Source: Chrysomallon squamiferum
Taxonomy: Eukaryota > Animalia > Mollusca
DNA: 64,000 bases
NCBI GenBank assembly: GCA_012295275.1
Contig: CM022667.1
Span: 620,001-684,000 of the forward strand
Reading direction: 5' to 3'
Each line of letters begins with the position of its first letter. The stretch's first letter is position 1. The translations under genes were made by a program, and so were the position numbers. Shown here one piece after another: positions 42,374 to 54,390 of this stretch. Under the pieces are notes generated by a model, which saw only the letters and a list, made by a program, of their open reading frames with translations, had not been told where the DNA came from and did no database searches.

Positions 42374-42733
42374 TACAGTGTAATGAACTATCTAAAGTAG
42401 TTATAAGCTATTTATATGTCATAAATATGCGTGGTGGCATAGGATAACCAGTCATATGTAATGTAATTTTGAGTTACAGCAATGTAATTTTGTGCAATGT
42501 AATTTTCAGTTACAGCCTCTTAATGCGGAGAAAAGTCCTCATTCTTTGATATGCAATCTTTAATTATTCTGAACATTTTAATCCGATTTCAATAAATCAA
42601 AAAGTATTTTGATCCATAGAATGTGGTTTATGTTATTCCATCAGTACTTGAGTTTTTGATAATTTTCACCATCCTGTTATTGGTTATCCCATCCTGTCAC
42701 AAAAATATATAGCTATTACCTGATCACCCTGTA
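42374..42733. mobile_element. Degenerate MITE-like element with TA|CAGGGTG-type terminal inverted repeats
   Basis: Left TACAGTGTAAT versus right ATCACCCTGTA; subterminal inverted blocks AGCTAT...GGATAACCA versus TGGTTATCC...ATAGCT; TA flanks as in Tc1/mariner-type elements. Confidence 0.4.
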
Positions 42734-43742
42734 TTGTTACAGTGTTGTAAATGTGAGAATCACTGCTCTATGCATTTTTATGTTAATGTTTGGCCAGTTA
42801 ATAAGAACATTTTATTTTAATTATTTTAATTTATTCAGGGTAGAAGTTGATTTCTGTATAATGCTACATTATGTCCTCCACCCAGTTTCTGCACTATTAA
42901 TAGAAGTAATAAAAAATACTGGTTATAAAAAAAAAATGGTTATAATTATGTAATAATATAATTCCAAAGTATTTTTATGTTATGAAATAAAGCATTAAAA
43001 AGGAAATGGAGACAGCTAAAAGAATAAAGACAATGCATTATTTTTCTAACTGTTGAAATGAAAATGGAGAAATGAAGGGCTGAGTCACTGCTTTTCAGCT
43101 GCAAACTCTGATTAACATAATACATGACAACTGCATAAATTAACACAGAATTGTGGGTATAATGTCCAAGGGCTGAAAATAAAAGGGAGATAACTTTTTA
43201 GAACCAAATGTATTTTAATTTTTTTTTTTCAAGTCTGGAGTTTGTATAAATTAAATAAACACATCAAATGAGAGCAAAAATAGGTTTTTTTGTGGACACT
43301 ATAGAATTATGTTAGATAAAGTTTGTTTTCCTCTTATGATTAATACATTTTCCCTAAATATAAATGTAAAAATTAAGTATTACAAAAAAAAAGTACTACT
43401 ACTAATAATAATAAAAATAAAAATAAAAATAAAAATAAAAATTATATTAAAATACAAAATAAATAAAATTTTATTAATAATATTAATTTAAAAATTTAAA
43501 GAAATAAAGTAAAACTTAGAAAGTAAAAACTACAATAGAAGTAGAATAATGTTCTCAACAAAAACATTTTTGTTTGTTTCTTTCTTATTTTTTGTTTTTA
43601 TGTGTTTTTTGTTTTTTTCCTTTTTTGTTTGTCTATTCTTGAGGTGAGACTTTGATGATTTTTAGAAAGCATATCACATAAATGTTATCAAAAGTTTACA
43701 CACTAAAGATGTCTTTCATTCTTTTCCGTTTCTTTATTTCAG

Positions 43743-43896
43743 AACCGCATGCAAGAAAGTCTGAAACTGTTTGATTCCATTTGCAACAACAAATGGTTCA
43801 CAGATACATCTATAATACTTTTTCTTAACAAAAAGGATTTATTTGAAGAAAAGATCAGGAAATCCGCACTAACAATATGTTTCCCTGAATATACAG
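43743..43896 (+). CDS. GNAO1: Galpha-o exon 7, [52 protein letters not shown]
   Basis: Acceptor atttcag, donor CAG|GTAAGA; 154 nt; NKKD motif. Confidence 0.97.
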
Positions 43897-43915
43897 GTAA
43901 GACATGTGTTATGTA

Positions 43916-44370
43916 TTAAACATTTTGTAAGCGTAAATGTAGAGTAATCCAAAATAAAATACGATTCAAAATATATTTTTTTAACATTTGTAGGTATGAA
44001 CAAAAGTAGTTCAAAGTAAAATATTAATCAAACTATTTTTTTTAACATTTGGAAGTGTAATGATAAGTAATCAAAAAAAAATATGCTTCAAAATATTTAT
44101 TTGTTTATTTATTTATTTTATATTTATAAGCATAAATGAAAGTAGTTCAAATGAAATCTGCATCAAAATTTATTTCTTTAATATTTGTAGGTACAAACAA
44201 AAATAATCCAAAATAAAATCATTCGAAATATTTTTTTAAGCATTTGGAAGGATAAATAAAAGCAAAGCAAAATAGAATCTGCTTCAAAATATAGTTTTAA
44301 ATATTTACAAAGCAAACCAGACCTAAATAAATCTGCTTCAGAATGTGTTTTTACATATTTTGTATATGTA
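43916..44370. repeat. Degenerate minisatellite, about 60-bp unit, about 7 copies, at the 5' end of Galpha-o intron 7
   Basis: Recurring TTAACATTTG.AAG..TAA....AAGTA.TCAAA.TAAAAT.TGCTTCAAAATAT. Confidence 0.75.
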
Positions 44371-44807
44371 AGAGTGAGAAACTTGATGATGTTTTCATAT
44401 TTCGGGGGTTCACATAACATTCTTTATCGTCTGGTTTTTCTAACTATCATATCCTTTAATGTTGTTTTCTGTTTCTGCAAATGTTTATTTTGCTGTTGTG
44501 TAAACAGCTGGTTTTTTTTCTTTATTCATCTTCCTCGATGTGATCTGTAAACGCAGTCAGGCTGAGATCAGTATGAGACAGAAGACAAAAAACGGGATTG
44601 GCTGTTTATCGGTTAACGGGATAAGCCATTTTTATCTCAGCCACGTCAGAACTTAATGTTAAGGCGTGTCTCTTGGGTGCAAAGAATAGGAATATTGCTT
44701 TTACTGCTTTGCAAATATATAAAATTCTATTAAATGACTTAGCATAGAAAATGTACAGATCTGTAAGGCTTAGAAGGGAAAATATTCAGATTCTGTTGTT
44801 TGTTCAA

Positions 44808-45270
44808 GTAGGCCATTTTGAATATGTCTCTTTAATGAAGTAGTCCTTAAACAGTCTGATATATTTTTTGAAGATAATATCTTAAGTATTCTGATATTTG
44901 ATGAAGATAGCTATCTAGACTATTCTGATGTTTAATGAAGATGGTTATCTTGACTAGTTGATGAACGTAGCCATATTAAATATTTTGATGTTTGATGAAG
45001 TCAGCCATTTTGAATATTCAGATGTTTAATGAAGGCAACCATCTTGAATATTGAAATGTTTACATCAGTCTTCATGTTTTAAGGTAGCCATATTTGATAT
45101 TCTGATGATTAATGTAGTCAACCATCCTGAATATTCTAGTGTTTAATGAAATTATTCATTTTTGATATCCTGTTGTCTGATGGAGTCAGCCAATGTAAAT
45201 ATTCTGATGTTTGTTGACGGTAGCCATCTTGAATATTCTAATATTTGGTGAAGGTAGCCATCTTGAAAAT
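44808..45270. repeat. Degenerate minisatellite, 34-bp unit GTAGCCATCTTGAATATTCTGATGTTTAATGAAG, about 13 copies, ending about 75 nt before exon 8
   Basis: Read directly; contiguous units with no unique spacers. Confidence 0.85.
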
Positions 45271-45344
45271 ACTGGAAGCTATTAGTTTATCAAATATTTC
45301 TTTGTACATCATTATTAATTTTTTTGTCTCTCTCTCTCTTGCAG

Positions 45345-45532
45345 GCAAACAAACATATGAGGAGGCAGCTGCCTATATTCAGGCCCAATTTGAAGCCAAG
45401 AACAAGAGTTCAACGAAGGAAATTTACTGCCATCAAACATGTGCGACAGATACAAACAACATTCAGTTTGTGTTTGATGCAGTCACTGATGTGATCATCG
45501 CAAACAATCTCCGAGGATGTGGTTTGTATTGA
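45345..45532 (+). CDS. GNAO1: Galpha-o exon 8, [61 protein letters not shown]-stop
   Basis: Acceptor cttgcag; TCAT motif; Go-type C-terminus NNLRGCGLY with pertussis-toxin Cys at -4; exons sum to 1065 nt = 354 aa plus stop. Confidence 0.97.
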
Positions 45533-48500
45533 CGTGTGAACAAGAAAAGAGAATACATATATGAAGAGCCAATGTTGTGTTATTTCAGAACTGACAGATC
45601 TTCATTCAGACCGAAATTTAAAGTTAAAAAGTTTTTTTTAAAAAGATTTTGAAAAAAAGAAATTTTCAAATTACAAAAAAATACAAAAGAGAAGAAAAAA
45701 ATAAAAAATAATAAAGTGCGGGCAGCAAGCCAAAGTCCCGCATGCGTCACGTGCAACTTTTAAGACATCTTTTTTCGCTGATTGACGTCACATCTGCTCA
45801 TGAACAGGCTTCTTATGTGTGGTGATGTTTCGCAATGATGCTGGAGACAAAAAAAAACAGTTTAAAAAAAAAAATGACTTTGCGAGATGTGGAGAGGACA
45901 AGCTTATATAAGAATTAGAATTTATTGTGTAAGTCGATTATGTTTCAGTGTCGAGCTCTAGGAAAATATTTTATTCCCCACGTTAGGTTTTTTTCTTCTT
46001 CTTCTCCTTCTCTGTCTTTCTCTCTCTTCCTTTCTTCCTTTTCTTCTTCCCACACCCTACCTGCCGATATTTAAATCAGAAAAATACAGTTCTGTAGTCA
46101 TGGTTCCTGTTTTTTGTCACATGTGCAATATTAGTAAAAGGAGTTTAAACCATGATGTGTCTTGCAAATGCAGACAAAAGTCTGTATTATTATGATTTTT
46201 TTTTTTTTTTACTAGTCAATATCCCAATATATTCATGAATAGCAACAGTAAAAGAAAGACCAAAAGAAACCACCCAACATATGTGTGTCTGCACAAACAA
46301 ATGCACATACATACATACCACAAAAACCCAAGTACATAATTAATTCCGGAAATAGAAATTTTATGAGGTGTTGAAAATAAGTCAACACATGCAGGATTCA
46401 TCCAACAGAAATAATTATTTATGCCTTTGATAATGTAGGATAATACTAGTCAGTTGAATTCTAAACGACCATTTTATCATGTTATAATGGGTTAAGATAT
46501 AACAATGAGGTTATTGCATTATTCCTCAACACCAGTATTATTGTAATAATTGGCATTTTTACAGATTTGATAATGAAAGAATATTGCTGATCAGCATATT
46601 AATCTTTTGAAAAAGACAATAAATATGGCATCTGCCAGAACAAACATAAAAAAAAAAAGGATATTTTATAATAATTTGTCAAAGAGATTTCAGAATTCAA
46701 TCCAAAATTTGTTAAAGAGGAGCATCTTATCATAGGCAAAATAAATAAATATCAAAAATAACAAACCAAGAAAACATTCAGGTTTACAGATTCTTAAATG
46801 GCTACCATTTTAACCTACTGTTGCAAGATAGAGTAGTCTGCTCTTGGTCCATTCTCCAAAAACATTATCTGTTTTACTGTTTCATTCAGATCTTTCTTTC
46901 TTTCTTTCTTTCCTTTTACTATTTTTTTTTTTCATTTTCTTTTTTTCACTTTTTATTAATCTCTCATAGCAGAAGAGCTTGTCACTTCATTCTTTTAATA
47001 TTTTGTAATTGTGTGGTGCAAAGGGTTTCAGTCTCCACATGCCTGTATTTGCAAACTAAATTTTATTGTGTGGCAAATGTGTTTTGTGTACTGTAGAGCT
47101 CTGCCAAAAGGTTGGAGTGACCGTTGCTGCCGCCTTTGTGCCAGCATATTCTCAGTGGCGTTTGTCAGTGACCTGTCGTAATGACGTCACAAGGAGTATA
47201 GCAACTGCTGTCTTAACGTGAAAGACATGAAAAAAAAAATGAAAAAACTTTTATCAGACAGACACAGATTGTGTAACAAAAAAAATTTCAAAAAAAAAAA
47301 AAGAAAAAGAAAAAAAAATTACAAAAAAAAAATACAAAAAATAAAAAAATACAAAAAAAAATAAAATAATAATAATTATGTGTACGCTAGATGTATGTTT
47401 TACCATATGTATGCCTATTATAGTTCTTCTTTCACAAAATGTATCGTAAATGTGTCATTACTGGATTTCATTTAATAGTAGCGTTTATAATAATAATAAT
47501 TATGATTCTCAAGAAAATCGCTGATTGTATTTATAAAAGCATAAAGTTCTGATTTTATTTCCTTAAGACTTCTGACCATGTATATTACTATGTATTATTT
47601 ATTGTCTGTAAAAACATGCCAGCTACAGAGTAGACATAACTGCTTATCGGGCACATAGGCCAACAGGCCTTTCAGGGATAGGACATCAGGCCTGCCAGTG
47701 TTGGGAGAACACTATGTTAAAGATCATAAGACCTGGTAAAAATTTCTCTTCGTTAAATATTTGATTCTCCTCAAATTTGCCTGGTTCCCAGTTAAAAAGG
47801 CCACAACCAGAGAGGATCACGATATTTGATGTTAACACAAACCGTAAATATTTAAAACATATATTGTGCAATAATAATAATAATATTTATTAATTAATAA
47901 TTCCATGAGGTAAAAGAATTTCTAATGTGTTTTTTTTTTATAATTATTCGTACTGCATTAATATGCTGAAGAAATTTTAACATTTGGTCTGATTTTATTT
48001 TGTGTTTAGAATAAGATAACAAAAATATATAAACAGATTCCACAAAAAATTTAAAAGAACTGGTTGTACAAGATCTACTGAAGTTAACATCTTAGTAAGT
48101 CAAAAAAGAACCAGCAGGGTGGAAATTACACCAAAAACAAAGAACAAATTTATAATACAGTGATATATATCATTAAAAAAAAGTAATTTTAAAAGTCAGT
48201 TATAATACTTGATCTTTAGCCTTTTTATTTTTAAATGTTATGCCACTTTCATTTGAAAGTGATGCCATTAGAATAAATAAGTAGATCTCATTTTTGTAAA
48301 TTAAGTAATGTGAGTTTCTTTTTTTTCTCTTTTTTTTCAAGTTATTCTTTATCGTTCCTTGTCTCTTTTTTTTTTCTTCTAGGAAATGGAATTGTATGAA
48401 CTTATGCTTTCATAACTTTGTTTTTAAAGTGATTTTTAAAAATAATTGAATGCTGTGTGAACTGTGCGTGTTGCATGATATTAGTGAATAATATACAAAG

Positions 48501-50381
48501 CTATGATATTTATGTTGCTTTTGAAACAAAAGAGAAAAGAAAAGAACATTCAGTAAAACTGCAAGTCATTGTTCATGCACCGGAATTAGGTTGAGTTAAA
48601 GTAGCATTATCGTATTAATATTACACTGTGTAAGAATTTTTTTTGACATTGTCGCTTTTTTTATGATATTTGTAAAGTTGTATTTTTTCAACCATAAGTC
48701 TACTAAACTCATCTGGAATTTGAATAATTAATTCGTTTATTGATGGAATTTTTGCTATTGTGAATGACAGTCAAAAATAGTAATTGCTACATTCAGATGA
48801 TACATTATGATTGTCGAGCAATAATCTCTTTTTGTCTGTGACATTATGTTAACTGAAATAATCCAAATTTCTTGAAAGTCAAAACATTTTCTAATGTATT
48901 TAAATAAACTGCTTTCAAAACAGTACTAACAAAAAAAAAAAAAAAAAAATGGTATTCTCAGAAAAAGAAGAAAACAGATCAGCTAAATCTGATAATGGAT
49001 AATGCTACTTTAAAGTTTGAGATTAAATAAATATTTGCCTTGACAGAATCTCTAACCATAAAGCACAGCCAGAGATAATTAAATTTCATTAAAATGAAGT
49101 CTTTGATATATGAATACAATGCTTTTTTTAAACTGATGTATACTCCAGAAAAGAAATATTATATGTCATCATTTTTCTTTTATTAAACTGCATGTGGTCT
49201 TAATAGTTACAATGTAATGTTATATTATTATTATTATACTGGAACTTAGATTTTACAGTTGTCATTTTTTTATTTTTTTTTTATTTTGCTCAATTTTTTG
49301 TTTTAATACCAGATTTTTGTGGCATAATCAATATTATTTGTTGATCCTTTTATTTTTAAGTATCTTTTTGAGTTTTTATAATTGTGTGTTTTACTACTTA
49401 AGATGCACCATTTTGAAAAAAACATATTTTCTTTTTACCTTTTTATTTTATCAACTATTAGTGTTCATATTAAAAATATCTCAATAAATCTTTTCACTGT
49501 GACCTATTTTGTAATGTATTCCATACAACAAAATATATTTAATTCTTGAATAAAAAGGATCAGTATTAAATACTGAAGGACATTTTCAGTATTTTTGGTA
49601 TGGTAGAGTAAAACAGTATATATATTAAAAAGATCTTTTTTTAAAATAATAAAATAAATGAAACAGAAAGTTTCTTTAAAAATAAAAAATTTTGTTACTG
49701 AGAATGAAAAACTTTTGGCTCAAACTATTAATGAGAAATTGCCCAAATTATATAAATATCAGCACAGAAAAAGAAAGTAAAAAAAAAAGATCAAATTCAA
49801 GTTCTTAATAAAAGCTCATAAACTCTCTAGAGAGTGGTTGTATGGAATATATTTTCAACAATAAATCTACAATCTACAGCCTGCTGCAACAAGTAATTAT
49901 CATAATTTATTCAGGTTTTCACATATTAAATGGATACTCGTCCATGCCATTATTTAAGAATATGATTTATTATCTATGTAAGTATATGTGTGTACTGATA
50001 ACTGGAAATTTTAGTAAATATGTTTTATAATTTATAAACATCACCTTTCTAACGGGCCTGCCTTTGAAGGTCAAAATGTCAATTTTGTTGTTGTAGTAGT
50101 CATGCTTAGTAAGAGACACACTTTGATAAAAATGGGTAAAATAAAAATCATTAAAAAAAATTAATAAAAATTGTAATAATTTGTCTTTTTCATTAATTTT
50201 TTCATTTTCTCTCTTTTTTTTGTTTTTAATTTTTTTTTTTTTTAATTTTTAAGTGTTCCTTTTAAACAATGCCATATTCAAAGAAAATTAATTAAGGTTA
50301 CTGCCTACTATTTTGGATCAACTGTTTTTTTAAAAAAAAGTTAAATGTGCAATATCAGTTGATAATAATAATAATGATAAT

Positions 50382-50420
<39 letters not shown>

Positions 50421-51132
50421 GTGAAGGAAAAAAATAATTTAAAGAATTAATAATACAATTAACGTGCATTATTTGACATTAACATTTTTGGGACTTTTTG
50501 TTGTACTGACAATACACATACTTCATATACTAGAGGGATTGTGCAATATTACACGCATCATACATTGTATTAGGAAACAACATGGTGCATTTGCAAAATG
50601 TATGTTTCTGTTTCTCTTCTTTCCTTTGGTTCTTTATTCTTAATTTAATTTTTTCTTATATTGTCGGTCAAAGGACCCACAATGTATATTTTGATTTTAA
50701 TTGTGTTTTTTTTTTTTTTTTTTTTTTGTTGTTGTTTTTTTTAAATTGTAGTCAGTGTATATGGAAGAATGGATGTTCTTTATTATTGTATGAGATGAAA
50801 CATAAACTCATGTCTATTTAAATGCTATTTATCGTGCATGAAGGAAACCTCTGATCAGGGATTTCTCTGTGACTGTAAAAGACCTGGTTTCCCTCTCTTA
50901 GTGACACATCACTTAATATTTTAATCCTTTTTTTTTTTTTTTTTTTTTAAAATTCCTGTTAAATACCCTTCAAACCCCTTACAGTTAGTTAACTTACTAA
51001 CAAAAAAACCTGCCATCATGGACCAACATAACACAATCTGTATGGGGTGTTAGAAAAAAATAATTTATTGGAAGATGTAAATTCTATAATTTTTTTAAAA
51101 AAAAAAAACAATTTGTAATGAATACTCTTTCT

Positions 51133-51168
<36 letters not shown>

Positions 51169-53751
51169 CTGGATGTGGTAATAAGTATATATATTGTAGA
51201 AAGATTTGTCAAAGTTCTTTATATTTTCACTTCCGGTTTTTTTAGTTCAGTAATAATTTTTCAAATGAAGGGTTAAAAAGGATTAAAAGAAAAACTAAAG
51301 TTGCTGCAGACATTTCGAATTGGAGCTATCTACATGCATGCTTATTACAGAGAACAGTAAACGGCAGTGAATTAAAACTATTAATTTTTGTTTTCTTGTA
51401 AAGCTTGTCATTTTTGCAGTGTATTTAAATTACTGTAGCAAATACTCAAAATGCATGTTGGTAGCTTTTTTTAAACTAGATTTATATCTGCAGCAACCAC
51501 ATCCATTTTGGTGTCGTGTCGTATGTGTAAAACATTTTTGAAACAGTGTCACAACATTAAAACTGGATCAGTATTTAAAATTTAAACAATATTCAGGGCA
51601 TTATGATTTGATCCATAAAGATCTCACGTCATTACATTTAATGCATTTTCAGTTTATAATACATTATTAATAAATATTAATTTTCCAATACAAAGATTGA
51701 TTTTTTAAAATAATTAAAGTGGACATTTCGATTTTGATCAGATATTTAAAAATTATAATAAATTCTTGAAATGAATTGTAATAAATAAGCACTGTTACCC
51801 ACTTTTTCACTCAAAATTTTCAGAAATTACAAATGGCAGAAAGACTTCTGTTAATGTAACAATTTATAAACATATTTTTAAAATGATTGATGAATGTTTT
51901 CACATTGTGACACCACCAAAATGAGCATCACAGACTTGTCTTACATAGATAATTAGCTTTGCATGTCCCTGTTCTAATAATTATTAGATGCGGTTTTTTT
52001 TTATTTATTTTGTTTTTTAGACTAATTTATTTGAATGATGATGCATAGCCCTTGGCGCACACACACTTTGAGTGCTGTCCCCTGTGTATCAGAATATTGC
52101 AGTCTAATTTAATAACATATTTCTGTAATTAAGGCATTGTTTTATAAACACTTTTTTTCTCATTAAATTCCACATTGCGAATCTCAAGTGAACCCGTTAT
52201 GTATATTAAACCATTTTTTTTTTTTTTTTTTTTTTTTGCCAAGTTGGCAATGGTGGAATCTGTTTTGTGGTGTCATCATATTCAATCATGCAGTAACATG
52301 TATTTTATTTTCTGTATTGAAAAGCTGTATTTTACAAGCCAAGCCAGCATATGGAGGGTCAAGGGGATGTGTTACAAGTGTCCACATACAAATTATCATA
52401 ATAATGAATATCATTAATTATATTAATCATGCGAAATCCTCTTCAAAGCCAACCAACGTCTTTATTTTGCAAATGAGAAAAAGTCAAGTAGAAAACATCA
52501 TTAAAGACAAAATGGCAGATTAAAAAAAAATAATATTAATAATAATAACTGAAGATTTACAAAAGGCAGGAAATCTTTGATGAAATAAAGGTGGATTGTA
52601 ATTTTATTTATATCCAGTCGATTTGTACAAGAAAGAACAAATTAAAAGAAAAATGCTGACTTTTGCACAAAAGGAATCTTGCAGCATTTAAACTGCACTT
52701 TGTGAAGTTTAAATATATTGTACTTAATGACAGTTTTATTAATTATTTATTAATTGTATAATTACTTACTGAATTATTTTATTCATTCATGCAAGGTACC
52801 ATATTTTACTAAGTTTTTATTTTATTTTTAACGAAACATGCATTCTTAATGCATCATAAGATTTTTACTATTTTTGTTTAGACTATTAAACAAGTCTTTG
52901 TTAAAAAGACATTATTGTAATCATGAAAAACATTTATGTAAAAATGTCAGTGAAACAATGTTTATTTTTAAAAAATTTAATAAATCGGTAAAGTACAGAA
53001 ATATCCACAGCAACCAACCATGAAAAGATGTTAAAAAGCATTCATTTTAAGATGTAATTAAGAACATTAAGATTTAAAAAATTTATTTTATTGCAGGTTT
53101 ATAATGATGATATATCAGTTTATAGGTTATTGCAAATTCTGATCTTGTAAAATCTCTTCTTTTACAATTCTTTTTATAATAAACTAGTTAACAAATTCAG
53201 AATGAAAAGAAGGGACACTTTGTAAATTAAAATATTCACCAACTTTATATTAATAACTTTTATATTTAAGAGAGAACAGTTTCCATACTGTTTCACTTCT
53301 ACAGATGATAAACAAATACATTTTGAAACTTAACCTTTTAGAAAAGTTTATTCATTATTTATTTAGCCTAATATATTTATATTAAACATCACAAATATAC
53401 TGGTTAACAAATATCACTAAATTTACAATTTACAATTTTTTCTTTTATATTTAATTTTTAAATTTTTTAAATTATTATTTTTTAAACTTTTTATTATAAA
53501 TTTACAAAAATTCAGTAGCTCAAGTGAGTTTTGTGCAAGTCAATTTTTTGTTTTAGAAAGGAAAAGAATTGCCTTCATGAAAACCCCTGATACATCAAAA
53601 TGCACCCAAAAGGTTTTGTGTATAATACAAATCGACTCTGCCGCCCTCCAGACTGCTGGCTGGTGTCTCTTCGCTGATCTCTTGTATACTAGTAAATGTA
53701 GAGAATTTGCAACAAAAATGTCAGTGTGTTATTGTCTCTTCAATCAACCGG

Positions 53752-53800
53752 AATAAAAAACAAACTTAGAATTTTATATCATGTTGTTTGTTTTTATTTG
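53752..53800 (+). terminator. Candidate distal polyadenylation signal of Galpha-o
   Basis: AATAAA at 53752-53757 followed about 25 nt later by the GU/U-rich TGTTGTTTGTTTTT; composition changes to tandem repeats afterwards. Confidence 0.4.
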
Positions 53801-53877
53801 CTTCCAGTTTCAATTTTGTGTTAGTGTTTACAAAAAATTAAAAAGAAAAAAAAGGTAGAAGAAGACTATGTTTATGT

Positions 53878-54390
53878 ATCTTTCTTTAAAATAGAGGACT
53901 GCCATTGTCCAAAGAAAACAATGTTTATACATCTTTCTTTAAAATAGAGGACTGCCATTGTCCATAGACAGTGCATAAGAGGACTGCCACTCTTCAAAGC
54001 CTTTACGTCAATGTCACCTTCCAGACACTTCTTTATTCACTCTTCAAAGAGAGTTACTTGGGCGTCTGCTTTCCACTGTCTATAGGACCCCCCCACTCTT
54101 CAAATATGATGATGATGATGATGATGATGATGGTATGTTCATGTGTGTGTGCCACTCTACAAATACTGTCTATAGGAAGGCTGCCACTGAGCAATGGTTT
54201 TTTTTATAATTATTTTTCTGTTGTTTATAGGACAATCATTTTCCAGAAACTTGTTTATATAAGAATGGTCTCTCTTTGTATATAGGACTGCTGCTCTCAA
54301 AGGACAGTCCCTCTATAAATCCTTTTTAAAAGAGGAATGCCACTTTCCAGACAGCACATAGGAGTAATGCAGCTCTCCAAGGACTGTTTG
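53878..54390. repeat. Degenerate tandem repeat with core TAGAGGACTGCCA(C/T)T between the 3' ends of Galpha-o and CNEP1R1
   Basis: ATCTTTCTTTAAAATAGAGGACTGCCATTGTCCA occurs twice exactly, followed by decayed copies. Confidence 0.75.

Noticed and set aside
44808-45270. 34-bp repeat array as a possible CRISPR
   Set aside because: Units are contiguous and degenerate with no unique spacers, there are no cas genes, and it lies in a eukaryotic intron
52030-52110. ATGATGA as a possible C box of a snoRNA
   Set aside because: No suitably placed CTGA D box or terminal stem, and not in an intron
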